This document shows, one piece after another, positions 1 to 8,888 of a stretch of 64,000 nt of DNA. Where the stretch lies: IMG/VR virus record IMGVR_UViG_3300043811_000226, one strand, 5' to 3'. Under the pieces are notes generated by a model. It saw only the letters and a program-made list of their open reading frames with translations. It ran no database searches and was not told the origin of the DNA. The stretch is from a virus. The position numbers and the translations under genes are program-made. How positions within the stretch are numbered: position 1 is the stretch's first letter; each line of letters starts with the position of its first letter.

Positions 1-142
1 GCCCGGGGAAGGCAGGACGCACGTCCAAGTACACCGCCAAGGCCTTCAGCACGGCGACACTGTCCTCCAAACGCCCACTGTCTTCAAGGTCCTTCGCTAC
101 GTCGAGGCATCGACCAAACACCGTCTGGTCGGCTGTGCTCAC
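1..142 (-). CDS. partial hypothetical protein (runs off left edge)
   Basis: GTG at 142 overlaps the TGA of 139..1164 (GTGA coupling); frame open to the edge: MSTADQTVFGRCLDVAKDLEDSG... Confidence 0.5.
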   Translation of the reverse strand, partial: MSTADQTVFGRCLDVAKDLEDSGRLEDSVAVLKALAVYLDVRPAFPG

Positions 143-1164
143 AGTGTGCGCCTTACGGCGAAGGGAATGTTCGGGATCGCGACGTCGAAAAGATCGTCGG
201 TCCCGCTCGACGAAGCCAGGAGATTCAGCGACTCGATGGTGGGGTCGGCAGGCACGGTGACGTCACGAGCGAGGGCAGTCCCGGGGATGGAGACGGTGAT
301 GTCCGCGCCGCGTGCGAGCAGCGCCTCGGCATGCCCGTTCGAATCGGTCAGGAGCTTCAGCGAGCCGCCCGTGACGGCCTTGCTCTCGGCCTGCACTCCA
401 TTGAACCGGTTGTAAATGAGCACTTCCTGGTTCGGCAGTACGCTGCCGGTCATGTCGACCAAGTCCACGTAGCACCTGCACAAACTGGCCGTGGACAGTC
501 CTGCGGTGATCGTACCCTGGAAGGGGCGGGAGAACTGGCTGACGGTCTGGCTCGCGCTGCTAAAAAAGCGGGCCTGGTAGAAGAAAGACGGGGCTCCGTT
601 GGGGTCAACGAAGCCGTACTCCTCCTGCCCCCGAACCAGCACGATGCGCGCGTCGCGCCCGAAGGCGAGCGACCCGGCACCCGAAGTGGGTAGGCCGAGG
701 AGGGGGGCAGCATCGCCGCCGACGCAGGCGAGCGACGTCTTGACCCCCACCTCCACGGTGCGCACGACGAGCAAGGGACCGAGCACGTAGGCCACGAGCA
801 ACCCCTGGCTCTGCGCCTGGATCTGCGTCGCGGCCTGCGCAAAGGTGAAAGGGTCGGTGCCAGAAAAGGTGATGTTGACCGGCACTTTGCCATCGAGCAG
901 GAACTGCAGGAGCAGGCCGTTGAGCGGAATGCTCGGCCCCGTCTGGGGGCTCGCCGGCGGGGGGCCGGCACCAATGGGCAGGACGGCCGGCATGGCCCCC
1001 GTGTCGTGCAGCTGCTCGTAAGGTCCCTGGTCTGTCCCCCGCGACCGCCACACCTCGAGCCGATCGAAGTTCCCTTCCCAGGAACCCTCTGGCACGAAGA
1101 AGTCGAGCTGGAACCGCTCGTTCGTGAGCTCGGTGACGGTAACGCTGAGGATGACGAGAGACAT
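139..1164 (-). CDS. putative virion structural protein carrying one copy of the sheath-shared beta module
   Basis: 341-aa ORF; segment LNGLLLQFLLDGKVPVNITFSG...GGDAAPLLGLP resembles repeats in the sheath. Confidence 0.55.
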   Translation of the reverse strand: MSLVILSVTVTELTNERFQLDFFVPEGSWEGNFDRLEVWRSRGTDQGPYEQLHDTGAMPAVLPIGAGPPPASPQTGPSIPLNGLLLQFLLDGKVPVNITFSGTDPFTFAQAATQIQAQSQGLLVAYVLGPLLVVRTVEVGVKTSLACVGGDAAPLLGLPTSGAGSLAFGRDARIVLVRGQEEYGFVDPNGAPSFFYQARFFSSASQTVSQFSRPFQGTITAGLSTASLCRCYVDLVDMTGSVLPNQEVLIYNRFNGVQAESKAVTGGSLKLLTDSNGHAEALLARGADITVSIPGTALARDVTVPADPTIESLNLLASSSGTDDLFDVAIPNIPFAVRRTL

Positions 1165-1170
1165 GACCGC

Positions 1171-1554
1171 TCAGGCCTTGGTGCTGAGAATGTTGCCGTT
1201 GCGGTCGATGGACTTCGGGCCGAGGTCGACGCCGTACTTCTTGCTCAACTCCGCCCGCTTGGTCTCCATCATGACCTGCAGATCCTTCATGGCCATGGCC
1301 GTCTCGTTCTTCTGGTACTCGATGATCTGCAGGCGCTGCTGCAGGTTCTGCATCTGCAGATAGATGTTCTCGATGGCCAGGCGGTCGGCCTCGTCGATCT
1401 TCTTGCTCGGAGCCGTAGCAGACGGAGTTTCTGCGCCGACTGCGGGTATGGGGGGAGGCGTCAAGGCCTTCTTCGCCAGTTCCACAAGGTCGGGCGCACC
1501 ATTGACCTTGGGGGGCAGCGGTACTTCGGGCGGCTGCACGTCGTTGTTCTCCAT
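1171..1554 (-). CDS. hypothetical protein with coiled coil
   Basis: ORF tightly packed in the minus-strand run; heptad-like LQMQNLQQRLQ segment. Confidence 0.6.
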   Translation of the reverse strand: MENNDVQPPEVPLPPKVNGAPDLVELAKKALTPPPIPAVGAETPSATAPSKKIDEADRLAIENIYLQMQNLQQRLQIIEYQKNETAMAMKDLQVMMETKRAELSKKYGVDLGPKSIDRNGNILSTKA

Positions 1555-1563
1555 GTTCTTCTC

Positions 1564-1782
1564 CTACTTCGCCACGAGGAAGTCGTTGATGCTGGACACG
1601 ACAAGGTCGGACGTCGCGCTCACGCTCGTCTGCGCGAGACGCTCCGACCCCGTTCTTCCAACCAAGATCGCCTTCAACACCGCGACCTGGTTCTGGAGCG
1701 TGTTCGTGCGGGACGTGGCCCACTGCGTCGCGGCCTGCACCAAAGCGTCGAGGCGCGCGTTGCGGTCGGCGACAGAAGCCAT
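1564..1782 (-). CDS. hypothetical protein
   Basis: 72-aa ORF with SD-like GTAGGGG, packed between neighbours. Confidence 0.55.
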   Translation of the reverse strand: MASVADRNARLDALVQAATQWATSRTNTLQNQVAVLKAILVGRTGSERLAQTSVSATSDLVVSSINDFLVAK

Positions 1783-1792
1783 TGCCCCTAGT

Positions 1793-1987
1793 CTACCTCA
1801 AGGAAGTCTTCGGCTGAAAGACGCGTGGAACGAAGCCTCCTTTCTTTACCCACTCGTCGAGGGAAAGAACCAGCTGCGCCAGACGCTCTCCGTCATCTAG
1901 CCGGCTCGTCACATCATCGCTCTTTTCGTTCTGCAACCTGTCAGAGAGAGCGAGGGCTTCTGCCCAGCATGCGTCCGGATCCATCAC
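1793..1987 (-). CDS. small hypothetical phage protein (MDP...LDEWVKKGGFVP)
   Basis: start overlaps the stop of the upstream gene; strong GC3 codon bias. Confidence 0.6.
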   Translation of the reverse strand: MMDPDACWAEALALSDRLQNEKSDDVTSRLDDGERLAQLVLSLDEWVKKGGFVPRVFQPKTSLR

Positions 1988-3141
1988 GCCTCCATAGCTG
2001 CAGCAAGCAGCTTGCCGGCTTCGCGCTGCAAGTCGAGTCGCCGGTCAGGGTCTTCGGTGCGTGCCGCGATGGCGCTCAAGCCGCCAGCGGCCCAGTAGAG
2101 GTTCGGTACCCGAGCGCCGTCGGGGTCGAACGAGATGGGCGGCAGGTCGATGATGGTCTCGGCCTTCTGGTCGAGGACGTTCTTCAACCACTCGAGGTCC
2201 CCCTTGCCCAGGACGTCGCGCAGGCGGTGGCTCAACTGGTGCCAGGGGATCTTCTCGTTGTGCGCTGCGCGGATGGCCTCGAGCAGGCGCTCGACGGTCT
2301 TCTCCGACAAGTAGGCCGTCACGTGGTCGCGCACTGCACCTTGCTGCGCCTCGAGCTCCTTCTTCGCGGTCTCATCGGACATCTCGATATCAGAGTCTTC
2401 GATGATGCTGCCGATGTGCGCGCGACGCAGGCCCTCGTCGATGACCGAGGCCGTGCCGGCGCCCACACGCCAGAGCGTCTGCAGGACCTTGAGCTTGCCA
2501 GAACCGAAGTCGCTGTTGCTCCATTCGACGCCAAGGCAGATGTACTCCCCAGGGAACGCCTCGAAGACCTTGGGCATGAGACATTTGAGCGCACTGCGCA
2601 CCGGCGAGTTGGCCGCCTCGATGGGGCGCGCCCCCTCCACCCTGCACTGCTCGATGAAGGTGCGAAGGAGCGGCGCACTCGCCAGGTGCCGGTTGAACCG
2701 ACGGGACAAGAAGCCTCGGAGCTCCTGTCCTACAAGTCGGTGCAAGAACCGCTGCGGCTGCCCGCCACGGTCGAGCCAGTCGGGCGTCTGAAAGAGCGCG
2801 TTCAGGTTGTCGCAGAGCAGGTCGTTCTTCCACGAAGGTCCGGACTGCAACATGTTCACGAAGTTCATGTTCATCTGGACCTTCGCGCACAGTTGGTTCA
2901 GCGCGTGGCGGTTGATGGAGAACTTGCCGTCGGTCTCCTTGTAGTGAATGAAGACCTCCTTCGACTTGTCCCCGCTACCTGTCAGAAACGTCATCGCGCG
3001 CGGAGGCACCAGGCGGTCAACGATGACGGTCGCTGTGACGATGTCTAGGAGGAACTGTTCTTGTTCTGCCCCGAGCTTGAAGCGCGCCTCCATTCGCTGG
3101 CGGGCCGCATCGAAGGCGTCGAAAAGGTTGGTCTGGTTCAT
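1984..3141 (-). CDS. DUF932-like phage/plasmid protein
   Basis: RGFLSRRF, GVEWSNSDFGSGKL and RRAHIGS resemble the DUF932-type pattern; start reset to ATG 3141 after AAGGAAG. Confidence 0.5.
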   Translation of the reverse strand: MNQTNLFDAFDAARQRMEARFKLGAEQEQFLLDIVTATVIVDRLVPPRAMTFLTGSGDKSKEVFIHYKETDGKFSINRHALNQLCAKVQMNMNFVNMLQSGPSWKNDLLCDNLNALFQTPDWLDRGGQPQRFLHRLVGQELRGFLSRRFNRHLASAPLLRTFIEQCRVEGARPIEAANSPVRSALKCLMPKVFEAFPGEYICLGVEWSNSDFGSGKLKVLQTLWRVGAGTASVIDEGLRRAHIGSIIEDSDIEMSDETAKKELEAQQGAVRDHVTAYLSEKTVERLLEAIRAAHNEKIPWHQLSHRLRDVLGKGDLEWLKNVLDQKAETIIDLPPISFDPDGARVPNLYWAAGGLSAIAARTEDPDRRLDLQREAGKLLAAAMEA

Positions 3142-3265
3142 GGCTTCCTTGACTTGCGCAGAGGACTCTTTTAGAGAAACAAGTACCCGTCGGGACGAGT
3201 GCGCGCTTCGTGCTGCGTCTGTCTCCCGAACTCCTATACCCGCGTGTGAAGGAGAATTGGTCGCC

Positions 3266-3487
3266 ATGAGCTTCAGGGTCTATGTGTCCGGCGTTGCCGT
3301 CGAGTGCGACACACCAAAAGAAGCCATCGCTCTGGCCAATGAACTGAAGCCGGGCCCTTCCCCTAGGTACGAGCCCAGGCTTGTACCTCCCATCAGGGAG
3401 GTCCCCACGGCGCGGGAGCCAAAAGAAGCTGGGTCTGAAGTACCAGAGACGACGCCGGTAGCGGACGACGTAACGCGCTACGTCTGA
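3266..3487 (+). CDS. small hypothetical protein
   Basis: ATG 3266 after GAAGGAG; MSFRVYVSGVAVECDTPKEAIALANEL. Confidence 0.55.
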   Translation: MSFRVYVSGVAVECDTPKEAIALANELKPGPSPRYEPRLVPPIREVPTAREPKEAGSEVPETTPVADDVTRYV

Positions 3488-3500
3488 GAAAGGTCGAGCG

Positions 3501-4811
3501 ATGACACAGAAGGAGATGCAGGTTGTGTTTTGTACGACCTGCAAAGGTAGAACACAGCACATCGAAGAGACGTTGCCCGCGAACCTGCGAGACAACAAGC
3601 ACGCGCGCCTCGTGCTCGTGAACTACAACAGCCCCGACCACCTCGACGACTTCATCCGCAAGAACCACATGCCCGACGTCGAGAGCGGGAGGCTGTCGGT
3701 CTACCGGTTCACCGAGCCTGGACCGTTTCGGATGGCGCACGCAAAGAACTTGTCCCACCGGCTCGCGATCATGGAGGGGGCGAACGCGCTCGTGAACGTG
3801 GACGCGGACAACTTCGCTGGACTCGACTTCGACCAGTACGTGACCCGCCGGTTGGAGGCGTACGAAGGAGAAGCCTTTCTCTGGGCCAACATGCGCAAAG
3901 GGGAGATGAAACGAGGCATCTCTGGACGGATCGCCGTCACGACCCATGCCTTCCTCGAGGCGGGTGGCTACGACGAGGTGTTCTCTTCGTGGGGCCCGGA
4001 CGACAAAGACTTCAACCTCCGGCTGCGTCGCCTCGGGTTTCGCCCGCTGGAGATCGACGAGAAGTACCTCGACGCGATCAACCACAATGACAAGACCAGG
4101 TTCCGTGAGTACCCCGAGGTCAAGTACGCATCGGAAGACTTCATGCTCCCAGGGCGTGGGCACATGCGTGTCGCCAACGCAGGAGACTTTGGGTGCGGCG
4201 TCGTCTACAAAAACTTCGGTCGCGAGCCGATTGAACTCCTGTCGCTGCCCACCCGCATCTTCGGGATCGGCATGCACAAGACAGCCACGACCAGCCTGGG
4301 TCATGCGCTCGAGGAGCTCGGCTACGACGTCGGCCACTGGAAGACTGCGCACTGGGCGAAGGCCATCTGGGAGGAGATGAAGGCGCACGGTAGCTCGCGC
4401 ACGCTCGAGCGCAGCTACGCGCTCTGCGACCTGCCGATTCCGATGCTCTTCCGCCAGCTCGATGACGCATACCCAGGCTCCAAGTTCATCCTGACGACAC
4501 GGGATGAGGATGGGTGGATCGAGAGCGTTCGCACGCACTGGAGCGACAAGAACCCGTGGCGCGCGCAGTGGGACACCGACCCCTTCACGCACAAGATCCA
4601 CCGCGAGCTCTACGGCGGGGTGAAGTTCAACGAGCCGGTCATGCGCGAGCGGTTCCGCAAACACAACGCCGAGGTCCTCGAGTACTTCAAGGACCGTCCG
4701 AGGGACCTGCTGGTGATGAACATGAGCAAGGGGGCGGGCTGGTACGAACTGTGCGGCTTCCTCCGAAAGCCCCTGCCGACGGTGCCCTACCCACACGCGA
4801 ACAGGGACTAA
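3501..4811 (+). CDS. glycosyltransferase (GT2/GT7-like)-sulfotransferase fusion
   Basis: DxD motif NVDADN; GGYDEVFSSWGPDDKDFNLRL; sulfotransferase 5'-PSB loop IFGIGMHKTATTSL and 3'-PB-like KFILTTRDEDGWIES. Confidence 0.85.
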   Translation: MTQKEMQVVFCTTCKGRTQHIEETLPANLRDNKHARLVLVNYNSPDHLDDFIRKNHMPDVESGRLSVYRFTEPGPFRMAHAKNLSHRLAIMEGANALVNVDADNFAGLDFDQYVTRRLEAYEGEAFLWANMRKGEMKRGISGRIAVTTHAFLEAGGYDEVFSSWGPDDKDFNLRLRRLGFRPLEIDEKYLDAINHNDKTRFREYPEVKYASEDFMLPGRGHMRVANAGDFGCGVVYKNFGREPIELLSLPTRIFGIGMHKTATTSLGHALEELGYDVGHWKTAHWAKAIWEEMKAHGSSRTLERSYALCDLPIPMLFRQLDDAYPGSKFILTTRDEDGWIESVRTHWSDKNPWRAQWDTDPFTHKIHRELYGGVKFNEPVMRERFRKHNAEVLEYFKDRPRDLLVMNMSKGAGWYELCGFLRKPLPTVPYPHANRD

Positions 4812-4844
4812 AAAGAAACGGGGATCGGCCTGCGCCGACCCCCG
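4811..4844 (-). terminator. intrinsic terminator downstream of tmRNA
   Basis: minus strand CGGGGGTCGGC-GCAG-GCCGATCCCG followed by TTTCTTTT. Confidence 0.7.
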
Positions 4845-4881
4845 TGTCCCCGATAACGCGTCGCTCGTACTGCCAGAAGAG

Positions 4882-5238
4882 TGGACCCGCGGGGAATCGA
4901 ACCCCGGTCCGACAAACCGTCTGAACGTCTTCTTCACGTGCGTGGTCGGTCTAAGGCTCCCGACAGCCTCGCGGTGTTCGACACAGGCATTCCGCCGCCC
5001 GTCAACCTGTCGTGTCCCCAGCTCCCCGGTTGCGAGAGGGCTGCATGGCTCGTGTATTTACGCCTCCCGGAGTACTCGAACTCCTCCTCCGAGAGACGGA
5101 CTAGGCCGCCAGTTTGACGGCGTTGTCGTTGCTTGCGTTGTCGTTCGCAGGCAGGACGTGCTCACTTGATCAGAGCGGATTGAGCGCCGCTCGCACGCAG
5201 ACAGTTCTTCTTGTTCGCCGTCGAAACCGGTCGGGCCC
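4882..5238 (-). ncRNA. ssrA: tmRNA, tag (A)ANDNASNDNAVKLAA*
   Basis: 5' GGGCCCG pairs with 3' CGGGUCC-A including G3.U; T-arm CGGGG-TTCGATT-CCCCG; PK1 stems GAGCGG/CCGCTC and GCTCA/TGAGC; tag ORF 5148-5101 ends LAA-TAG. Confidence 0.97.
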
Positions 5239-5346
5239 GTTGTTTCTGGGCGCCTACGGTTCTCACGTAGGCGGAGTGCGCTTGCCGCGCCTGGCACTCG
5301 TGCATGGCGTTCTCCCCACCAGCGGGAGGTTCTGAAAGTACTACCT

Positions 5347-6153
5347 CTACTCCTCGTCCTCTTCAAGCCCCATGTGCTTACGAAGCGTGTCGCCCATGGT
5401 CGTCTTCATGCGCGCGATCTGGGAAGGGCTCTTGCCCATCTTCTTCGCGAGGTCGTTGGTCTTGGTGATCTTGGTGTGCCCGTTGGTACCGAAGACATGG
5501 TTGAAAAGCAGGTGCATGTCGGGCTTGTTCGGGAATATCTCGGGCAGGATGTTCTGCGCGACAGCGATCTGCTGGTCTTCGAAGCCGCGGCCCGTGCCGT
5601 CGCCGGCGCCGTAATCCATCCCTTCCTCCCCGCCAGAGCGGCCCATCGGGATGTCCCGCCGGACCGCAGAGAGGATGGTGTCGATGCGCTTGGGCTTGAG
5701 GCCCGTGTGCTGCGCGAGCTCCTCGGTTGTGGGTGCACGTCCAAGGTCTTCGGTCAATGCGTCGCGCGCCTTCTGCAGCTTGCCGATCTGACCTGAGACG
5801 CCCTCAGGAATATAAAGTAGATTTTGAAAACGGTTGTTGTAGCGCATCGCCTTACGCATGTAGTTGTCAGCATGCGTATTGAGAGCTGCGCCTTTACTCG
5901 GGTCGTAGGTCTCAAAGGCCTTGATGAGGTGTGTCTGCAGCTCCGCCTTGAAAGAACTCTCCGGGACAGTCGGCGCCTTGTACTGCCTGACTTTCTGTGA
6001 GATCACGGGCTCATAAAGCTTGAGGAGTGGCTGCAAGTCTTTCGGTTTCCTACCGCCAGACTTCCACTTGTTCAGCAAGGTTATCTCGTCAGCCTTTCGT
6101 TTCGTTTGTGCCGCTTCCTTGGATTGCATGTAGTCATCAAGAGGCCCTGGCAT
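5347..6153 (-). CDS. RNA polymerase sigma factor (sigma70 family, group-3/FliA-SigF-like)
   Basis: region 2 (AELQTHLIKAFETYDPSKGAALNTHADNYMR), region 3 (LGRAPTTEELAQ), region-4 HTH (TNDLAKKMGKSPSQIARMK); ATG 6153 after GAAGGAG. Confidence 0.85.
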   Translation of the reverse strand: MPGPLDDYMQSKEAAQTKRKADEITLLNKWKSGGRKPKDLQPLLKLYEPVISQKVRQYKAPTVPESSFKAELQTHLIKAFETYDPSKGAALNTHADNYMRKAMRYNNRFQNLLYIPEGVSGQIGKLQKARDALTEDLGRAPTTEELAQHTGLKPKRIDTILSAVRRDIPMGRSGGEEGMDYGAGDGTGRGFEDQQIAVAQNILPEIFPNKPDMHLLFNHVFGTNGHTKITKTNDLAKKMGKSPSQIARMKTTMGDTLRKHMGLEEDEE

Positions 6154-6792
6154 CTTGTTCTCTCCTTCGACCATCTGCCATGGAGACAGCTTCTTCTGCG
6201 GACCATCCGTACTTCACGATGCGCGTCCATGTACGCAAGTAGGGCGCACCAGTAAGCTCAATCAGCTCGCCGATGGACATCTTGCGCCCGTTGTAGACGA
6301 CGAAGCGTGTACTGCGCCTGTTCCTAGACTGCTCCTTAGAAGTCGCCCACACGCAGTGTACCCAAGTTCGTTCTTCTTCCTCTCGATGGAGTAACCAGGA
6401 CCTGGCCGGCGGCCCATATCAGCTAGGAAGTTCTCGAATTTGTGCCAGCGGTGGCAGACAGTGATCCCGCGACCACCGTAGTCCTTGTAGGCCCTGACGT
6501 TCTTGTTGTAGCAACGACGCAGCATACCTGCCCAAATGCCGTACTCAAGACTCTGGTGACCCCTAGGAGCATCACCGTGTGTACGAGAGAGGTCTCCGAC
6601 AGTAAGCCGGCTACTCAAGCAACCGCACGATGTGGTGTGCCCAGACTTCAGATGTCCTGAAGGAACAATGCAGGTGTTGCCGCACAGGCACCAGCACTGC
6701 CACAAGGCACTGCCGCAAGAACTTGTGCCTGTACGTTCTTCCACCTTCAGCCTTCCGAAGGTCTGCAAGGTGAGATCTTCAAACGCTCCCAT
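6137..6792 (-). pseudogene. frameshifted HNH homing endonuclease
   Basis: WQCWCLCGN...SCGC, YGGRGITVCHRW, SIERKKNELGY in one frame; CVWATSKEQSRNRRS continues in another frame after only 2 nt (6356-6357). Confidence 0.8.
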
Positions 6793-6828
6793 GAAACCTC
6801 CGGCTTCTGTCAGCCGGTGGCTGACGGG

Positions 6829-7254
6829 TTACCTTCTTCCGAACAGGCGCATGACCCGGTCCGTCAACGACGGCCGGTCGGCCGCGGCGGTCTTGGCGGG
6901 CAGGTGGCCACGCTGAAGGAGCGGGCTGTGGGGGGTACCCTCGCCCGCGTTCACGAAGTTCTGACGCATGAGGGCCTGCTCCGCCGGCGCCGTCGTCTTG
7001 GGGCTGTCGAAGATGCGCTCGAGCAGGCTGCCGCGTCCGTCGCGCGCCTCCTGCAGGGCGGCCTGTCCGTACACGTCCGGGTAGCCGTTGTGTCCCTCGG
7101 CGGGCTTGTCACCCCAACGGGCGTCCAACGTCCCCGGAGAGCGGTCGCCCGGCGGCGTGCGCACATCGGCCACGCCCTTCTGCGTCTCGTCCTCGTTGGT
7201 CTTCGGTGCGTCCGCGCCCTTGGACATGGCCTGCTTCAATGCGTCGACGCTCAT
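6829..7254 (-). CDS. hypothetical protein
   Basis: 141-aa ORF, strong GC3 bias, SD GGAGTG. Confidence 0.6.
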   Translation of the reverse strand: MSVDALKQAMSKGADAPKTNEDETQKGVADVRTPPGDRSPGTLDARWGDKPAEGHNGYPDVYGQAALQEARDGRGSLLERIFDSPKTTAPAEQALMRQNFVNAGEGTPHSPLLQRGHLPAKTAAADRPSLTDRVMRLFGRR

Positions 7255-7271
7255 GATTCACTCCGTTTGGG

Positions 7272-7661
7272 TCATTCTACTACGCCGCCGCGGGTCCCGC
7301 GAAGCGCAGAGCCGAAGGCCTGCAGCGGACCCTTGTAGCCCTCGAGCTCCCTACGGGTCACGTCCAGCGCTGCCTCGGTGTCTTTCAAGGACCGCTCGAG
7401 ATCCTGCTTCTCGAGCTCGAGCTTCTTGATGCGCTGGTTCATGACCGAGAGTACTTCCACATGGAAGTCGTTCGACGAGAAGACGCGGAAGCCTTCCCGG
7501 AACCGCTTCAAGATCTCGTTCCAGAGCTCCTCGTCGACCACACCGCACGTCAGCGTGAGTTCAGCGCGGAACTTCTCCCCCTCGGCAATCGCCTGCACGG
7601 CAGCCGAGTGCTTGAACCAGAACGTGATGCCAGCGACTTGTTCTTCATGCTCGTTGCTCAC
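7272..7661 (-). CDS. hypothetical protein with C-terminal coiled coil
   Basis: 4-nt overlap with upstream gene; IKKLELEKQDLERSLKDTE. Confidence 0.6.
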   Translation of the reverse strand: MSNEHEEQVAGITFWFKHSAAVQAIAEGEKFRAELTLTCGVVDEELWNEILKRFREGFRVFSSNDFHVEVLSVMNQRIKKLELEKQDLERSLKDTEAALDVTRRELEGYKGPLQAFGSALRGTRGGVVE

Positions 7662-8233
7662 TTGTCCTCCGTGGCGTAGAGCTCACCCAGCAGCTGGATG
7701 TGGTTGCTGTTGAACGCGTCCACCGTGTTGCGTGCGAGAAGCACGCTTCCAAAAGCCTTGCCGATAGAAGTGGCCCTTCTTCGGTCTCCCTTCGCGTACC
7801 GCGTAGCCTCTACAAGAAGCTTCTTGGTGGGCGTGTACACGTCCGGCGTAAGAAACCTCCCCGGCATCACGTACTCGGCATAACGGATGTTGAGGTGCTG
7901 GCGAAGTGTCTCAACTACACCGAGCAGGTCGCGTGTCGATTCTCGCGCGAGCTTCGCACTCTCACCCGCGCTGAGGAGCTTGTCTGCACGGGCCGTAGGG
8001 CCTGTGGACGACCACGATAGGAAGTGGTTCGCCAGGTCCGCCGAAGACACGACACAGAAGGCCACGCGAAGTTTCTCTGTAGCTGGCGACAGCGGGTGCG
8101 GGGGGATGGGTTCCGCCTTGGAAGCCGCCACGAGGATCTTCTTGGCCAGCTGGTCGCCGAGCTTGAACTCGAACTTCGGCGGGGGCTGGCCCCCGATAGA
8201 GCGAACTCCTGTGAGCACCTTGCAGTAGGTCAC
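7658..8233 (-). CDS. hypothetical protein
   Basis: coupled overlaps at both ends. Confidence 0.55.
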   Translation of the reverse strand: MTYCKVLTGVRSIGGQPPPKFEFKLGDQLAKKILVAASKAEPIPPHPLSPATEKLRVAFCVVSSADLANHFLSWSSTGPTARADKLLSAGESAKLARESTRDLLGVVETLRQHLNIRYAEYVMPGRFLTPDVYTPTKKLLVEATRYAKGDRRRATSIGKAFGSVLLARNTVDAFNSNHIQLLGELYATEDK

Positions 8234-8829
8234 ACATGCACCTCGGACATCCTTTCGGCGAACTCCACAAGCTCCTCGGTGGTCTTTCCTACATCAAGCA
8301 GGAAGTAGTAGAAGTCGTGGCCCACGATCTGAGCCCACTTCTCCTTCTGTGCAGCAACGGGGGTCTGGAAGTAGAGACGGGCGCGGCTGATGAGCTCGAG
8401 TGAACGCGACACGAGCGCCTTCATCCGAAGAGCGCGCGTGCCTTGCAGCTGCGATGCACTGCGTCCTGAGTCGGTCATCTCGTGCTCGGCGACTTCCACA
8501 TTGGATGCTTCCACAGCCGCGCGAAGGGCCGATTCGAACGCGCTGAGCTTGTGGTCGTCAAGGACGGGCCGGTCTTCCGGACTGGCCATGCCCTGCACTA
8601 AGACCGGGTCGAGTCGCTCGAGCACGAGGTTCGCCGAGACGTAGCAAGCCCACGACACCCGGTACGTCGTCATGGCAGGCGTGTTGTCCCCCTCACGGCA
8701 CTTCTCACTGGCGGCGCGCAGTCGCGCAGCAAGGTCGACGTGAAGCAGCTCCGAGCGCTTGAGGTACTCGTTGACGCTGTCGCAGTAACCCCACGCGAAA
8801 GGGTCGAACGTCCACGGTCGCTCGATCAT
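8230..8829 (-). CDS. hypothetical protein
   Basis: strong SD AGGAGG; first gene after the promoter motif at 8861-8888. Confidence 0.6.
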   Translation of the reverse strand: MIERPWTFDPFAWGYCDSVNEYLKRSELLHVDLAARLRAASEKCREGDNTPAMTTYRVSWACYVSANLVLERLDPVLVQGMASPEDRPVLDDHKLSAFESALRAAVEASNVEVAEHEMTDSGRSASQLQGTRALRMKALVSRSLELISRARLYFQTPVAAQKEKWAQIVGHDFYYFLLDVGKTTEELVEFAERMSEVHV

Positions 8830-8860
8830 GAAGTCCTCCTGAGGATGTACTCCCTCAGGT

Positions 8861-8888
8861 TCTTATCCCACGTCTGCTGCTACTTTAG
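8861..8888 (-). promoter_or_regulatory. conserved bipartite promoter-like motif (copy f)
   Basis: CTAAAG-N16-ATAAGA with GGG before ATAAGA. Confidence 0.65.

Noticed and set aside
4860-4920. Prophage att site at the tmRNA or tRNA 3' ends
   Set aside because: I found no duplicated 3' fragment and no integrase, and phage-type genes lie on both sides.
5160-5310. 47-codon ORF (MHECQARQ...) with GGGGAG upstream, running into the tmRNA
   Set aside because: It overlaps the structured tmRNA 5' end and two leader hairpins, and has no codon bias; probably incidental.
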